Assembly: GCA_013336275.1 (NCBI GenBank)
Contig: JAAXUA010000001.1
Coordinates: 270,167 to 334,166, forward strand
Origin: Candidatus Falkowbacteria bacterium
Lineage (GTDB): Bacteria; Patescibacteriota; Patescibacteriia; Patescibacteriales; GWE2-39-37
Reading direction: 5' to 3'
DNA length: 64,000 nt
Part shown: positions 63,710 to 64,000 of the stretch, one piece after another
How the letters are laid out: each line of letters opens with the position of its first letter
Numbering within the stretch: the first letter of the stretch is position 1
Notes under the pieces: generated by a model
The model's input: the letters and a program-made list of their open reading frames with translations, nothing else
What the model was told of the DNA's origin: nothing
Databases searched by the model: none
Translations under genes and position numbers: made by a program

Positions 63710-64000
63710 AATAAAGAACTCCTCCCTGTGGCGTTGGCGCTATGCCCTTATTTTTGCGGCGTATTCATTTGTTTTCTTGTCAATCTTCATCTCCGTCAGT
63801 AAATTCTTGGCCAAGGAAATCAACCGCAGCTTCGGCCAGCCTTCCTTGGAAACGGAAGGCGTTACCACGACCCTGGATCTTCAGGGTTATGAACGCCTTG
63901 CTGCCAAGCTCAAGTTGGCGACTTCAACCCCAGAGGCCTCACCTACCTCAACCGAATCTCTAGCCACCTCGACCACAGCCATTGAAGTGGCCATGGAATC
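63687..64000 (+). CDS. Membrane protein, 3'-partial (runs off the window)
   Basis: Hand-translated frame from ATG 63687: MQKIELNKIKNSSLWRWRYALIFAAYSFVFLSIFISVSKFLAKEINRSF...STPEASPTSTES, with no stop before nt 64000. Preferred over the 63742..63963 ORF in the track. Confidence 0.5.
   Translation, partial: MQKIELNKIKNSSLWRWRYALIFAAYSFVFLSIFISVSKFLAKEINRSFGQPSLETEGVTTTLDLQGYERLAAKLKLATSTPEASPTSTESLATSTTAIEVAME

Noticed and set aside
63742-63963. 73-aa ORF after pilO.
   Set aside because: A different frame starting at ATG 63687 stays open to the window end and encodes a plausible TM protein. The 73-aa frame is Ser/Pro/Arg-rich with no hydrophobic logic.

Overview
All family calls below come from reading motifs by eye; no BLAST or HMM search was run.

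This is a gene-dense bacterial chromosome segment with about 68 CDS and one tRNA. There is no rRNA, CRISPR array, transposase or integrase. TGA is used as a stop codon, so the standard genetic code applies.

The gene content suggests a streamlined organism of the Candidate Phyla Radiation / Patescibacteria type. This is an inference from the fused PilM-PilN, the half-size TsaB, five Nudix domains, mostly Shine-Dalgarno-less start codons, and many small orphan membrane or secreted proteins.

**Recognisable core**
- gltX.
- clpB, preceded by a near-consensus sigma70 promoter and a CIRCE (HrcA) operator.
- def-fmt and tRNA-Glu(CTC).
- The dcw block mraZ-rsmH-ftsL-ftsI-murF, with phased AAAGTGG boxes upstream.
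- tsaB.
- rplJ-rplL, with a promoter plus a leader/attenuator.
- mltG, a sugar-1-P nucleotidyltransferase, pcm, uppP, and pilM/N-pilO.

**Accessory content worth attention**
1. A 12-gene, almost gap-free operon (1060-6680) built from nucleotide or cap pyrophosphatase families. It has 4 Nudix, 2 MazG-type, HIT and histidine phosphatase genes, plus a TGS1-like methyltransferase and a ParB/Srx-like protein.
2. A WecG/TagA-Nudix fusion.
3. A fused double-hotdog FabZ-like protein whose two halves have complementary catalytic-residue losses.
4. A five-gene membrane cluster (DUF2339 / Cys-rich secreted / small membrane protein / extended GDYXXLXY / DUF2157-like).
5. A LemA gene next to an oversized TPM protein with a coiled-coil tail.
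6. A four-gene orphan envelope island (44881-49050) inserted inside a surface-glycan locus.
7. A duplicated tRNA 3' end, a MITE-like 23-bp inverted repeat, and a split between genes led by GGAGG and genes without any SD.
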